Shown here piece after piece: positions 35,701 to 43,518 of a stretch of 64,000 nucleotides of DNA (positions are counted from its first letter, which is position 1; each line of letters begins with the position of its first letter). Position numbers and translations under genes: made by a program. The DNA comes from Candidatus Binataceae bacterium (GTDB taxonomy: Bacteria; Desulfobacterota; Binatia; Binatales; Binataceae): NCBI GenBank assembly GCA_035524375.1, contig DATKOZ010000033.1, forward strand, positions 26,842 through 90,841. The letters are read 5' to 3'. The notes beneath the pieces were generated by a model. The model saw only the letters and a list, made by a program, of their open reading frames with translations, did not search any database and was not told the origin of the DNA.

Positions 35701-37413
35701 ACGGTGATCGCGCAACTCTCGCCCAATACGGTCAATGGCAATGGCGCAAGCATTACCGGCCAGTTGTCCGTGAACGGGAATCTGACCGGCGGACCGCTCA
35801 ATGTGGCGATGACCGGAACCGGCCAATGGCCCAATACCACCGTATCGCCCAGTTCCAATCCGTTGAACATTGGAACGGTTTTCGTCGGAACTACGGGAAC
35901 CGGCATACTGACGATTACGAACACCGGAACAAATCCGCTGTTCATCACGAGCACCGGAACTACCGACACCACCAGTGGCTATACTGGAACCAACGAGTGG
36001 GGAGTGACCAGCGGAGGAATTAATCCGTGCCCCGTGGCTCCTGCCAGCATTCCCCCGGGAAGCTCTTGTACTCTCGTCGTGAGCTTGGATCCATCGGTAT
36101 CGAACGGCGACAACACGACCATCACCGGAACCCTCACCATAGGTGATAATACGACCGGCGGAACGACGACGGTCAACCTGACGGGGACCGGCGAATGGCC
36201 GCAGGTCGTCGCATCTCCATCTCCTACTCCGCTCGCCTTCGGCGCAGTAAACGTCGGGGCTCCAGTGACTAAAACACTGACGATCAAAAATGAAGATGCT
36301 ACCAACCCGCTATACCTCACCTCGATAACGCCTACCGATACCACCGCTGGCTACACGGGTCCGGATGAATTCTCCGTCACCGGAGGCACCTGTAGCACTG
36401 CCACCGATGGCTCCAATCCGCTTGCTCCGGGAGCCTCCTGCACGGTTCAGGTGACGCTGTCTCCTCAACCGATCAATGGCAATGGGACGAGCATCACCGG
36501 CCAGTTGTCGATAAATGGCAACATCACCGGCGGGCCCCTGAACGTATCCATGACTGGGACCGGCACCGGCATAACGACTGTAAGCGTGAGCCCGGCTTCG
36601 TGCTTTGCGGGCGCCGTGGTGGAGGGAAACACGTCAACGTTCTGCGTATTCACGGTGAGCAACACCGGCTTTGTGAATCATATGCTCGTGAGCAACATTG
36701 CCCTCGACGACTCGCTGGATTCCGGGGTGTTCTTCACCGATTGCCAGGCGCCGGGCGGAACCCCCGCACAGTCGCAATGCTCAATCAATGTGGCGTTCAC
36801 TCCACAGACCCTTGGGCCGTACACGATCCACATGAATATCACCGATAACGCGTTGTCCAGTCCGCAAACAGTGACAGTAACGGGGACTGGAACGATGCCC
36901 CCAAACACCACCGACACGCTGCTGCCGAATCCCTTGGACTTCGGCGGCGCGCCGGTAGCGCAGCCGACGGAGGCATTCCTGACAGTAACCAACACCGGAT
37001 TTACCAATCCGTTGGTGCTGCAGACGTTGAACGTTACGGACACGACGCCGGGTTACACGGGCGCCAATGAATTTGCATTGGTGCCTGCGGATTCGAACTG
37101 TCCGACTGCGCCCGCGGGGCTGGGACCAGGCGCAAGCTGCATATTGGCAATTAACCTGACTTCGGATGCGTCAAACGTTGACCAGACGATCACCGGAACG
37201 CTGACGGTGACTGACAACACGGCTGGTAGTCCGCAGACGGTGAGCCTGACCGGGTACGGAGTGTCGGGGATAACACCGGATGGAGATTGCTACACCGCTT
37301 CGAGCGGGGCGTGCGATTCGACGCAATCCAATCCGGGCTTCTCCGGCCAGTCGTGCCTGATAGACTCCGGAACCTGCACGAATACTGGAGGCCCAGGGTG
37401 CCAGTGCCAGTAA
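32734..37413 (+). CDS. Giant secreted surface protein / putative lectin adhesin: signal peptide, N-terminal region of unknown fold, legume-lectin-like domain, Thr/Ala/Ser-rich linker, 7 tandem Ig-like (choice-of-anchor-D type) repeats, Cys-rich C-terminus
   Basis: Start chosen at ATG 32734 (MKSTEGRVRLGTIAIFSAVAMVIFATAIL).
- Lectin_legB-like motifs: ASFAFSL...DGITFTIQNE, LTVEFDVFNNG, NHIAVQS, AWVGFTSSTGG.
- A ~115-residue Thr/Ala/Ser-rich linker (TPTPTATSTTTLTPSITRTPTTTATA...TSTSTP).
- Repeats with the motif ...FG.V.VG....K.LTI.N....PL.I.S.......F.....C......PG.SC...V.L.P...G.
- C-terminal GDCYTASSGACDSTQSNPGFSGQSCLIDSGTCTNTGGPGCQCQ. Confidence 0.85.
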   Translation: MKSTEGRVRLGTIAIFSAVAMVIFATAILTTPRAQQNAVAAASATPSLPFRPFLPPAIAPDGSARVTTSTTASANIVLNFPTSVTAGDICVAGINFSSSSGAGNTRTVNTVPTGWTLVRTDTATGTNNGTNANQQGFIYWYKNGGASGTEGGTTATWVLNANYADLVGWIQCFKGVDANVPIDSLNPTGSGVNGGSANVGTVTVPALGTLNRAGDTVILNCSIANGAGTYTSPAIPVGVFTTQSVGTAGAGIVAGTHADAAAYTGVDATTTAPAAQACTNNGTNGRMVGEQIALQPSVTPGACTALNYGDFSSTSGLTLLGSTIQNGNALELTPASGNQLGALWGSSQIDVADGFIASFAFSLTNPSTPPADGITFTIQNEALTAIGDTLAGGGGIGYNDITDALTVEFDVFNNGVGGTCPTCYNDPNANHIAVQSCGTAANGPNPACQLGIQATLPNTMSDGAVHTATIVYDPGTLEIYYDNGATPVLQVPVDLATLLSLTGGNSAWVGFTSSTGGSFEQTNLFNFFAAQGQECATPTPTATSTTTLTPSITRTPTTTATASATRTPTATITRTPTATVSPTTTATRTATLSPTSTVTATSTLTRTATSTATATSTATVTATLSPTITTTATISPTSSITATSTTTATPTATSTSTPLVNISVTPTPVAFPTVTIGTPQSQFVVITNSDPTNPLVFSSFNTTDTTATGSTPNEWSVTGAVDGAIPACVAGTPVPPGTSCALQVTLSPNAANGDDVTVTGNLTLNGNISPGGSTTISLHGTGQWANVSATASPTPLAFGTVQVGTPQTKTLTITNTDATNPLYITSLGASDTTAGYSGPDEFSIVGGTCSAATDGSNPVAPGGSCTVVVQLAPNAANGDGVGVTGQLAVNGNLTGGPLDVSMTGTGQWPSVAATASPTPIAFGTVQVGTPQTKTLTITNTDATNPLYITSLGASDTTAGYTGPNEFSIVGGTCTAATNGSNPVPPGGSCTVIAQLSPNTVNGNGASITGQLSVNGNLTGGPLNVAMTGTGQWPNTTVSPSSNPLNIGTVFVGTTGTGILTITNTGTNPLFITSTGTTDTTSGYTGTNEWGVTSGGINPCPVAPASIPPGSSCTLVVSLDPSVSNGDNTTITGTLTIGDNTTGGTTTVNLTGTGEWPQVVASPSPTPLAFGAVNVGAPVTKTLTIKNEDATNPLYLTSITPTDTTAGYTGPDEFSVTGGTCSTATDGSNPLAPGASCTVQVTLSPQPINGNGTSITGQLSINGNITGGPLNVSMTGTGTGITTVSVSPASCFAGAVVEGNTSTFCVFTVSNTGFVNHMLVSNIALDDSLDSGVFFTDCQAPGGTPAQSQCSINVAFTPQTLGPYTIHMNITDNALSSPQTVTVTGTGTMPPNTTDTLLPNPLDFGGAPVAQPTEAFLTVTNTGFTNPLVLQTLNVTDTTPGYTGANEFALVPADSNCPTAPAGLGPGASCILAINLTSDASNVDQTITGTLTVTDNTAGSPQTVSLTGYGVSGITPDGDCYTASSGACDSTQSNPGFSGQSCLIDSGTCTNTGGPGCQCQ
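34711..37260 (+). repeat. Seven tandem ~360-370-bp coding repeats inside the giant gene; units 2 and 3 (35086-35457, 35458-35829) are roughly 85% identical at nucleotide level (by-eye estimate)
   Basis: Unit boundaries are approximate: 34711, 35086, 35458, 35830, 36202, 36571, 36895. Long identical runs are shared by units 2 and 3 (ccgctctacatcac, ggttgggactcc.cagactaag). Confidence 0.7.
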
Positions 37414-37516
37414 TGGGATGGACGCCCGATGGCCAATCTTGGCGCAGGGTGCTATTCGTTCAGGCGTGGATGGTGAGTACGATAACGAGCGATTCCCCGG
37501 TAATTTCTACCAGGGA

Positions 37517-37771
37517 ATGATCCTCAAGCTCGACCGCGCGCGCGGCCGGGGAATCGTTCGTTCGCATAGCGGAAGGGAGATATCTTTCGAGTTTCCTTTC
37601 GTATCGGTGGTGGGCGCGGAAATCGGCGGAAAGATGCCGGGAATCGACCTGATCCGCGAAGGCGATGTAATCGGATTCGACGTCGGGTGGACATCCAAGG
37701 GGCTCCGCGTCACCACCATACAACCACCCTCTGGTGCCGCTTCCGCTTCCGGAGGCGGTCAGACCGCCTGA
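37517..37771 (+). CDS. Small hypothetical protein with possible divergent cold-shock/OB-fold-like architecture
   Basis: MILKLDRARGRGIVRSHSGREISFEFPFVSVVGAEIGGKMPGIDLIREGDVIGFDVGWTSKGLRVTTIQ... has G-x-V ... L-x-EG-x-x-V-x-F ... KG spacing reminiscent of CspA, but lacks the RNP motifs. The start is uncertain (track ORF begins at 37418). It is followed by a hairpin at 37782-37799. Confidence 0.3.
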   Translation: MILKLDRARGRGIVRSHSGREISFEFPFVSVVGAEIGGKMPGIDLIREGDVIGFDVGWTSKGLRVTTIQPPSGAASASGGGQTA

Positions 37772-37782
37772 CACTCACCTAA

Positions 37783-38418
37783 TCAGCGCTTACGCTGATA
37801 CATTCGCCAGATTCTAACGCCTTGAGGAAAGAGTTCGCCAATCACTTCGTAGCCGTGCGCGCTGTAAAAGGCGACATTCGCTTCGGTCGCAGTCTCAAGA
37901 TATACACCGGCAACATCCGTTCGGATGGCGGCCTCAAGACGTAGCCGTTCGAGCAGCGCCTTGCCGTAGTGCTTTTTCTGGAAATCCGGATCGACCCCGA
38001 GCGCTTGCAGATACAGGTGCGGCTCCTTGGGATGATTTCGTGCCAGCACGTCCATCATGTTAAATCCGCGCAACATTCCACCCCACCCCGCCGCCCGCAG
38101 CATTCGCGGCAGCTGACCGATGCCGGTGACCATCATGCTTAATACTGAAACAATCGAAGTACCCTCGGTTGCCGCGACTCCGACCACTTGGCCATTGTCG
38201 ACCACTCCAAACACGGGCTGCCCATGATGCCGCTCCACCGCCAACATCGCGCGGAATATTTCCGCAAGCAGACGGGCCCGAATAACGGGATCGGCTACCT
38301 CTCGCACCACCGGCTTGAATGACGGATCGTTAATGAACGCTCGTCCGAGCGCGACCGCCGCCTGCTCGTGCTGCTCCGGGTACAATATCGTAACGGTGGG
38401 CTTGCCGTTGTCAGCCAT
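37783..38418 (-). CDS. GNAT-family N-acetyltransferase
   Basis: Start MADNGKPTVTILYPEQHE; acetyl-CoA binding-like region QVVGVAATEG...GIGQLP. Its start overlaps the glpK stop by 8 nt (operon). Confidence 0.65.
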   Translation of the reverse strand: MADNGKPTVTILYPEQHEQAAVALGRAFINDPSFKPVVREVADPVIRARLLAEIFRAMLAVERHHGQPVFGVVDNGQVVGVAATEGTSIVSVLSMMVTGIGQLPRMLRAAGWGGMLRGFNMMDVLARNHPKEPHLYLQALGVDPDFQKKHYGKALLERLRLEAAIRTDVAGVYLETATEANVAFYSAHGYEVIGELFPQGVRIWRMYQRKR

Positions 38419-39922
38419 TTGAGTCTCCAGTAGAGGCGGATGGCGCGGTTCGCACACGCGCAACCGCATCATGCCATCCGGCTATCAGTCGCGCACGCTC
38501 AGCGACGGACATCTTCGGTTTAAATAACTTTGCGGTTCCCTTGAGCGCCGCGGCCTCGTCCATCGACTTCCACATTCCGACAGCCATCCCCGCCAGTATC
38601 GCGGCACCCATCGCGGTGGTTTCCGCCATCTTTGCGGGCCGCACCGGTTTCCCCAAGATATCGGCCTGAAATTGCATCAGGTAGCGATTGGCGGTAGCGC
38701 CGCCATCGGCGCGTAATTCCGCGAGCGCATGGCCGGTGTCAGATTCCATTGCCGCGATCACGTCGCGCACCTGATATGCGATGCTATCAATTGTCGCGCG
38801 CACCAAGTCAGCGCGGGTGGTACCTCGTGTAATCCCAAAAATTCCGCCCCGCGCTCCACTGTCCCAATATGGCGCACCAAGACCTACAAATGCCGGAACG
38901 ACATAGGGCGCGGAATTGTCTTTGCTGCCACGCGCCAACGCTTCCGAATCGCCCGCCTTCTTAATCAGCCCCAGCCCGTCGCGCAGCCATTGAACAGCCG
39001 CACCGGCCACAAAGACCGACCCCTCCAAAGCATAGGCCGGCTCCCCCTGCTTACCCAACGCTGCGGTCGTAAGCAGCCGGTTTTTCGACGGTACGATTTC
39101 TTTGCCGGTGTTCATTAGCAGGAAGGCGCCGGTACCATAGGTTGCCTTGGAATCGCCCGCAGCAGTGGCGCCCTGCCCGAACAATGCGGACTGCTGATCT
39201 CCTATCACCGACGCGATCGGAATCGCTCGCGGCCCGACGGTTCCTGGAGCGGCCTCGGCAAGCGGCCCGCGCGAACTGACCGCGGCCGGCATCATGCTGT
39301 CTGGAACCTCCAGCATTGCAAGCATCTCGTCGTCCCATTCCAGACGCGCGAGATTGAACATCATCGTGCGCGATGCATTCGTAAAATCGGTGACAAACCC
39401 GCTACCGCGTGACAACTTGAAGATCAGCCAGGTGTCGATAGTACCGAAGCATAGCTCCCTGCGGGCGCCGCGTCCGCGTAGTTCCGGGTTCTCGTCAAGG
39501 AGCCATTTGAGCTTGGTGCCGGAAAAATAAGGGTCGAGCAGTAGCCCGGTGCGGCGCGAGACTTCGCTTTCGCGCTCGCGAAGTGCGTTGCAGATTTCGG
39601 CGCTCCGGCGGCATTGCCATACAATCGCGCGATGGAGCGGGCGGCCAGTGCGTCGCTCCCAGACCACGAATGTTTCGCGCTGATTCGTAATTCCGATCCC
39701 GCGCAGGTCGGTCGGTGCGAGCCGGGCGTCTTTAATTGCCTTCTTCGCCAGTGTCACGGCGGACCGGTAGATTTCCTCCGGATCGTGCTCGACCCATCCT
39801 GCTCTGGGGTAGAACTGCCGAATCTCGCCGTACGCGCGGCCCAATATGCGCCCGCGACCGTCCACGACGAACACAGTGGTGCCGGTGGTCCCTTGATCGA
39901 TCGCTAATACGGCTTGGGCCAT
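38411..39922 (-). CDS. glpK: Glycerol kinase
   Basis: MAQAVLAIDQGTTGTTVFVVD, FGTIDTWLIFKLS, and the second FGGY signature GGATANRYLMQFQADILGKPV. Confidence 0.9.
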   Translation of the reverse strand: MAQAVLAIDQGTTGTTVFVVDGRGRILGRAYGEIRQFYPRAGWVEHDPEEIYRSAVTLAKKAIKDARLAPTDLRGIGITNQRETFVVWERRTGRPLHRAIVWQCRRSAEICNALRERESEVSRRTGLLLDPYFSGTKLKWLLDENPELRGRGARRELCFGTIDTWLIFKLSRGSGFVTDFTNASRTMMFNLARLEWDDEMLAMLEVPDSMMPAAVSSRGPLAEAAPGTVGPRAIPIASVIGDQQSALFGQGATAAGDSKATYGTGAFLLMNTGKEIVPSKNRLLTTAALGKQGEPAYALEGSVFVAGAAVQWLRDGLGLIKKAGDSEALARGSKDNSAPYVVPAFVGLGAPYWDSGARGGIFGITRGTTRADLVRATIDSIAYQVRDVIAAMESDTGHALAELRADGGATANRYLMQFQADILGKPVRPAKMAETTAMGAAILAGMAVGMWKSMDEAAALKGTAKLFKPKMSVAERARLIAGWHDAVARVRTAPSASTGDSNG

Positions 39923-40085
39923 TTTCCGTGCGGTGATTATCCGCCGTGGGCATCCTATTGTGCATTGGCAGGCCCGACAACTCTTTTCGGCAAATTTGAG
40001 GCAACATTCGAGACTTGCCTCGAATTTTGTCCAAGGTCATTATAGGCGGACTCGCCGATCCACCTCTGTTCAGGAGCCTCACCCA

Positions 40086-41450
40086 TTGAGCGAACTGGTT
40101 GAAAAGAAAGAGGATTTGATCCGCTACTTCGAGGCCGGCTCAAAGCCTCGATCGGCGTGGCGCATTGGCTCGGAGTTCGAAAAAGTGTTGGTCCGCGCCG
40201 AAGACGGCCGCGCCCTGCCCTTCTCCGGCCCATGCGGCGTCGAAGAGCTTCTGCGCCGGATGGCCGAACATTACGGCTTGGAGCCGGAGATCGAACACGG
40301 CCGAATCCTTGCGCTTGCCGGTCCGCATGGCGCGATTACTCTGGAGCCGGGCGGACAAATTGAGTTGTCAGGGTCGCAATGCGAGACGATCCATGAGGCC
40401 TACGCTGAGTTTCTGAGCCACGCGCGACAAGTCATCGATGTCGGCGCCGAAATCGGCGCCAAGGTACTTGGGTTGGGAATGCAGCCAATCAGCCGCATCG
40501 ATGAAATCGAGCTTCTTCCCAAGGCCCGCTACCACATCATGTACCCATACATGGCCCGCAAGGGGACTCTGGGGCAGCGGATGATGAAGCAGACGGCGGG
40601 AGTGCAGGCCAACTTGGATTACTCTGACGAGGCTGACGCAATGCGTAAGGTTCGCACCAGCATGGGTTTGGTGCCGATCCTCCACGCGATTTTTGCGAAT
40701 TCACCGCTGAGCGATGGCGGCCTTAACGGGTATCAAAGTTTCCGCGGCCATATCTGGACTGATACCGATCCCGATCGGTGCGGCATCCTCGAGTTTATAT
40801 TCCGTGGCGGCTGCTCATTCGAAGATTACGCCGAGTATGCGCTCGACGTTCCGATGTATTTTCTCATCCGCGATCACGAATATATCGACCTCACGCGTAC
40901 CCCCGGAATTACATTCCGCCAGTTCATGGAGCGCGGATTCGGCGCGGAGCGCGCGACCTTGGATGACTGGAGCAATCATCTCACAACCATATTCACTGAA
41001 GTGCGATTAAAGAGCTACCTTGAGGTTCGCACCCCTGATAGCCAGCCGCCGGCCCTGATGCTGGCACTGCCCGCACTTCTCAAAGGGGTGCTATATGACG
41101 ACGATTGCCTGACTGGCGCGTGGGATCTCGTCAAGCAATTGAGCTTCAGTGACCGTCTGGAGTTGGCCGACGCTGCGCAGAAATTCGGCCTCGATGCACG
41201 AGCGGGCAAGGTCCGTCTGCAAGAGCTGGCCAACGAGCTTTTGTCAATAGCGGCGCACGGCCTCACCCGGCAGAGGGCGTTGAACAATCGGGGCCGGGAT
41301 GAGACCATTTACTTGTCACGTTTGATGGAAATGATCCGCAGCGGAGACAATTTGGCCCGATGGACGATCGACCGCTGGAAAGGCGCTTGGAATTCCGACG
41401 TAAAACGGCTGATCGAAGCTATGGCCTATCAAATTGAGGCGATCGAGTAG
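40086..41450 (+). CDS. gshA: Glutamate--cysteine ligase, plant/alpha-proteobacterial type (GshA family 2, GCS2)
   Basis: TTG 40086 preceded by AGGAG (40072-40076). The LSELVEKKEDLIRYFEAGSKPRSAWRIGSEFEKVLV...GGQIELSGSQ...ANLDYSDEADA...TEVRLKSYLEVR pattern matches plant-type GCL. The track ORF (39933) has a ~50-aa N-terminal over-extension. Confidence 0.8.
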   Translation: MSELVEKKEDLIRYFEAGSKPRSAWRIGSEFEKVLVRAEDGRALPFSGPCGVEELLRRMAEHYGLEPEIEHGRILALAGPHGAITLEPGGQIELSGSQCETIHEAYAEFLSHARQVIDVGAEIGAKVLGLGMQPISRIDEIELLPKARYHIMYPYMARKGTLGQRMMKQTAGVQANLDYSDEADAMRKVRTSMGLVPILHAIFANSPLSDGGLNGYQSFRGHIWTDTDPDRCGILEFIFRGGCSFEDYAEYALDVPMYFLIRDHEYIDLTRTPGITFRQFMERGFGAERATLDDWSNHLTTIFTEVRLKSYLEVRTPDSQPPALMLALPALLKGVLYDDDCLTGAWDLVKQLSFSDRLELADAAQKFGLDARAGKVRLQELANELLSIAAHGLTRQRALNNRGRDETIYLSRLMEMIRSGDNLARWTIDRWKGAWNSDVKRLIEAMAYQIEAIE

Positions 41451-42449
41451 ATGGAATTTCGGCTGACACAACGCCACTTTATGGCAGCCAACATCCTCCT
41501 TGGCGCGGCGCTCTTTTACGTCGCATGGCTGTGCTTCTTGGATATTCGTAACTTTACGCCGACCGGCGAGATTAACCCAAAGCACGTCTCGCAGCGTGCC
41601 GGCGCCACCGAGGCCGGCGAGCGAACCCGCGCCACTTACGATGAAATCGTCAAGCGCGATATTTTCAATCTCGTCCCGCTGGCTCCGGCGGCGGCTCCGC
41701 CGGTAGTAGACGAAGATTTGCACTTGGTGCTGATTGGCACGTCCCAACTGACGGCATCCAAGCCGTACGCAATCATCGAGGCTGAAGGCACCAATTCCCA
41801 AGTTCTGTATCGAATCGGCGACCAAGTCGAAAGTGCCGGCACGCTCGCCGCGATTGAGCATAGCCGGGTGTTAATCGATCACAATGGTCACCGGGTTGCG
41901 TTGGAGCTTCCAAAAGAAGAATTGTCCTCTACTGAACCGTCAGGTCTGTCTTCGGGAGCATCAGAAGCCCCACCCCGTCCCGCACCACACCCGCTAGCCG
42001 ACAAAGAACGATTGAAGCGGCGCCTGCGCAGCCGTCACCACCACCGGGGTGACGATTCGGGCGAGCCGGAAGGTGATGCGGCATCGCCTCGCGAACGCCT
42101 GGGAATGATCGCTCCACCCAGCTTTGGACCGGCGACCGGCGGATCGGGGCACTCGAAGTTCCCTGCGTCAAACTTGTCTCCAGAAAAACTCTCCTCGCAA
42201 ATCCACGTGGATCCGCACATGGTCGGTGGCAAAGTTGAAGGATATTCGGTTTCCCAAGTCAGCGCAGATTCGGTCTTCGATAAACTAGGCCTGAAGGTTG
42301 GAGACACAATCACTGCGCTTGATGGGCAACCGGTTACAAATCCTGCCCAAGGAATCATTTTCCTTCAGTCGATCCCTAATCGTTCGGCAATCGACATGAC
42401 GGTTACCCGCAACGGTTTTCCGATCCAGCTTCACCTCACTCTGCGCTAG
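41451..42449 (+). CDS. GspC-like protein: N-terminal TM anchor, secretin-interacting 'HR'-like region, low-complexity linker, C-terminal PDZ domain
   Basis: TM: ILLGAALFYVAWLCFL. HR-like: LHLVLIGTSQLTASKPYAIIEAEGTNSQVLYRIGDQVESAGTLAAIEHSRVLIDHNGHRVALEL. PDZ: GGKVEGYSVSQVSADSVFDKLGLKVGDTITALDGQPVTNPAQGIIFLQSI. The start abuts the gshA stop. Confidence 0.6.
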   Translation: MEFRLTQRHFMAANILLGAALFYVAWLCFLDIRNFTPTGEINPKHVSQRAGATEAGERTRATYDEIVKRDIFNLVPLAPAAAPPVVDEDLHLVLIGTSQLTASKPYAIIEAEGTNSQVLYRIGDQVESAGTLAAIEHSRVLIDHNGHRVALELPKEELSSTEPSGLSSGASEAPPRPAPHPLADKERLKRRLRSRHHHRGDDSGEPEGDAASPRERLGMIAPPSFGPATGGSGHSKFPASNLSPEKLSSQIHVDPHMVGGKVEGYSVSQVSADSVFDKLGLKVGDTITALDGQPVTNPAQGIIFLQSIPNRSAIDMTVTRNGFPIQLHLTLR

Positions 42450-42451
42450 TT

Positions 42452-43516
42452 ATGGAATATCGAGCCGCGCGTCCCAGCGAGCGTGACGAGGTCCTGGACC
42501 TACTTTCGCTGTGGTACGGCGATCGGGAGTTTTTTGCCCGCTACAACCAAAATGACCCGAGCTATCGGGACAATTTCTGCCTGATCGCTCGTGACGGTGG
42601 CCAACTGGCGTCAACTGTTCAAATTTTCGACCGTAAGATCAACCTGGCGGGTCAAGCTGTTCCGATGGGCGGAATTGGTTCGGTCTTCACGCGCGAGGAT
42701 TATCGGCACAAAGGCGTTGCGTCCGAACTCATGCGGCTTGCGGTCGAGACGATGCGTAATGCGAGTTTTGAAGTTTCGCTGCTGTTCGCCGAGCGGATCA
42801 CGTTTTACAACCAATTCGGATGGCGCGAAGTCGAACGCAAAATCAGTATGCTTCCCGGCACGGAGAGGCTTTCAGCTCCCGGTAATTACCTCATTGATGT
42901 CTTTGATCCTGAACGCGACCTTACGGAGGTGGATTCCATCCACCGCGGATACAGCGGCCGGTTCAATTTGACCGCGGCGCGCGACCCCGCCGCATGGAGC
43001 GGCAGCCTCAAATTCTCCGCTAATCAGCCACTCCATCACGGCGAGGCTTCTGACGAATACTTCATTCTGTGCCGCAATGAAAAACGGATCGTAGCTTATG
43101 CTCGCGTGATGCGCTTGTACGGAGTTCCCGGCGTCATGGAATTTGGCTATGTTCCCGGCGCGAGATCCGCATTACTTTCGATATTCAAATATCTTGGTGA
43201 AGTAGCTGCCGGCCGGGCGCCGTCGTTCAAGACCGCCGGCAATCATTCGCGGGCCGCGATGCTGATGCCGGCCCGGGGAACCGCTCCCGCCGGAATTATC
43301 GCGTCGCATACCGCGCACGATCCCGATCTGGAGCGCCAATTCGCCGCCGCCGGATCTCAAGTGTCGTATTACACGGACAATAATTTCATGTGGACAGTGC
43401 TCGCGCCCGAAAAGCTGGCGAAGCGCTTGAATGTCTCTCCGGAATCGGCCACCGCCCGCGCATTCAAGATATTTTCCGACCCCGGTTCAGTTTATTGGAT
43501 GTCGGACCGATTCTAG
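42452..43516 (+). CDS. GNAT-family acetyltransferase with a ~200-aa C-terminal extension (Eis-like architecture)
   Basis: GNAT core: QAVPMGGIGSVFTREDYRHKGVASELMRLAVETMRNASFEVSLLFAERITFYNQFGW. The C-terminal region is of unknown fold. Confidence 0.65.
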   Translation: MEYRAARPSERDEVLDLLSLWYGDREFFARYNQNDPSYRDNFCLIARDGGQLASTVQIFDRKINLAGQAVPMGGIGSVFTREDYRHKGVASELMRLAVETMRNASFEVSLLFAERITFYNQFGWREVERKISMLPGTERLSAPGNYLIDVFDPERDLTEVDSIHRGYSGRFNLTAARDPAAWSGSLKFSANQPLHHGEASDEYFILCRNEKRIVAYARVMRLYGVPGVMEFGYVPGARSALLSIFKYLGEVAAGRAPSFKTAGNHSRAAMLMPARGTAPAGIIASHTAHDPDLERQFAAAGSQVSYYTDNNFMWTVLAPEKLAKRLNVSPESATARAFKIFSDPGSVYWMSDRF

Positions 43517-43518
43517 TT

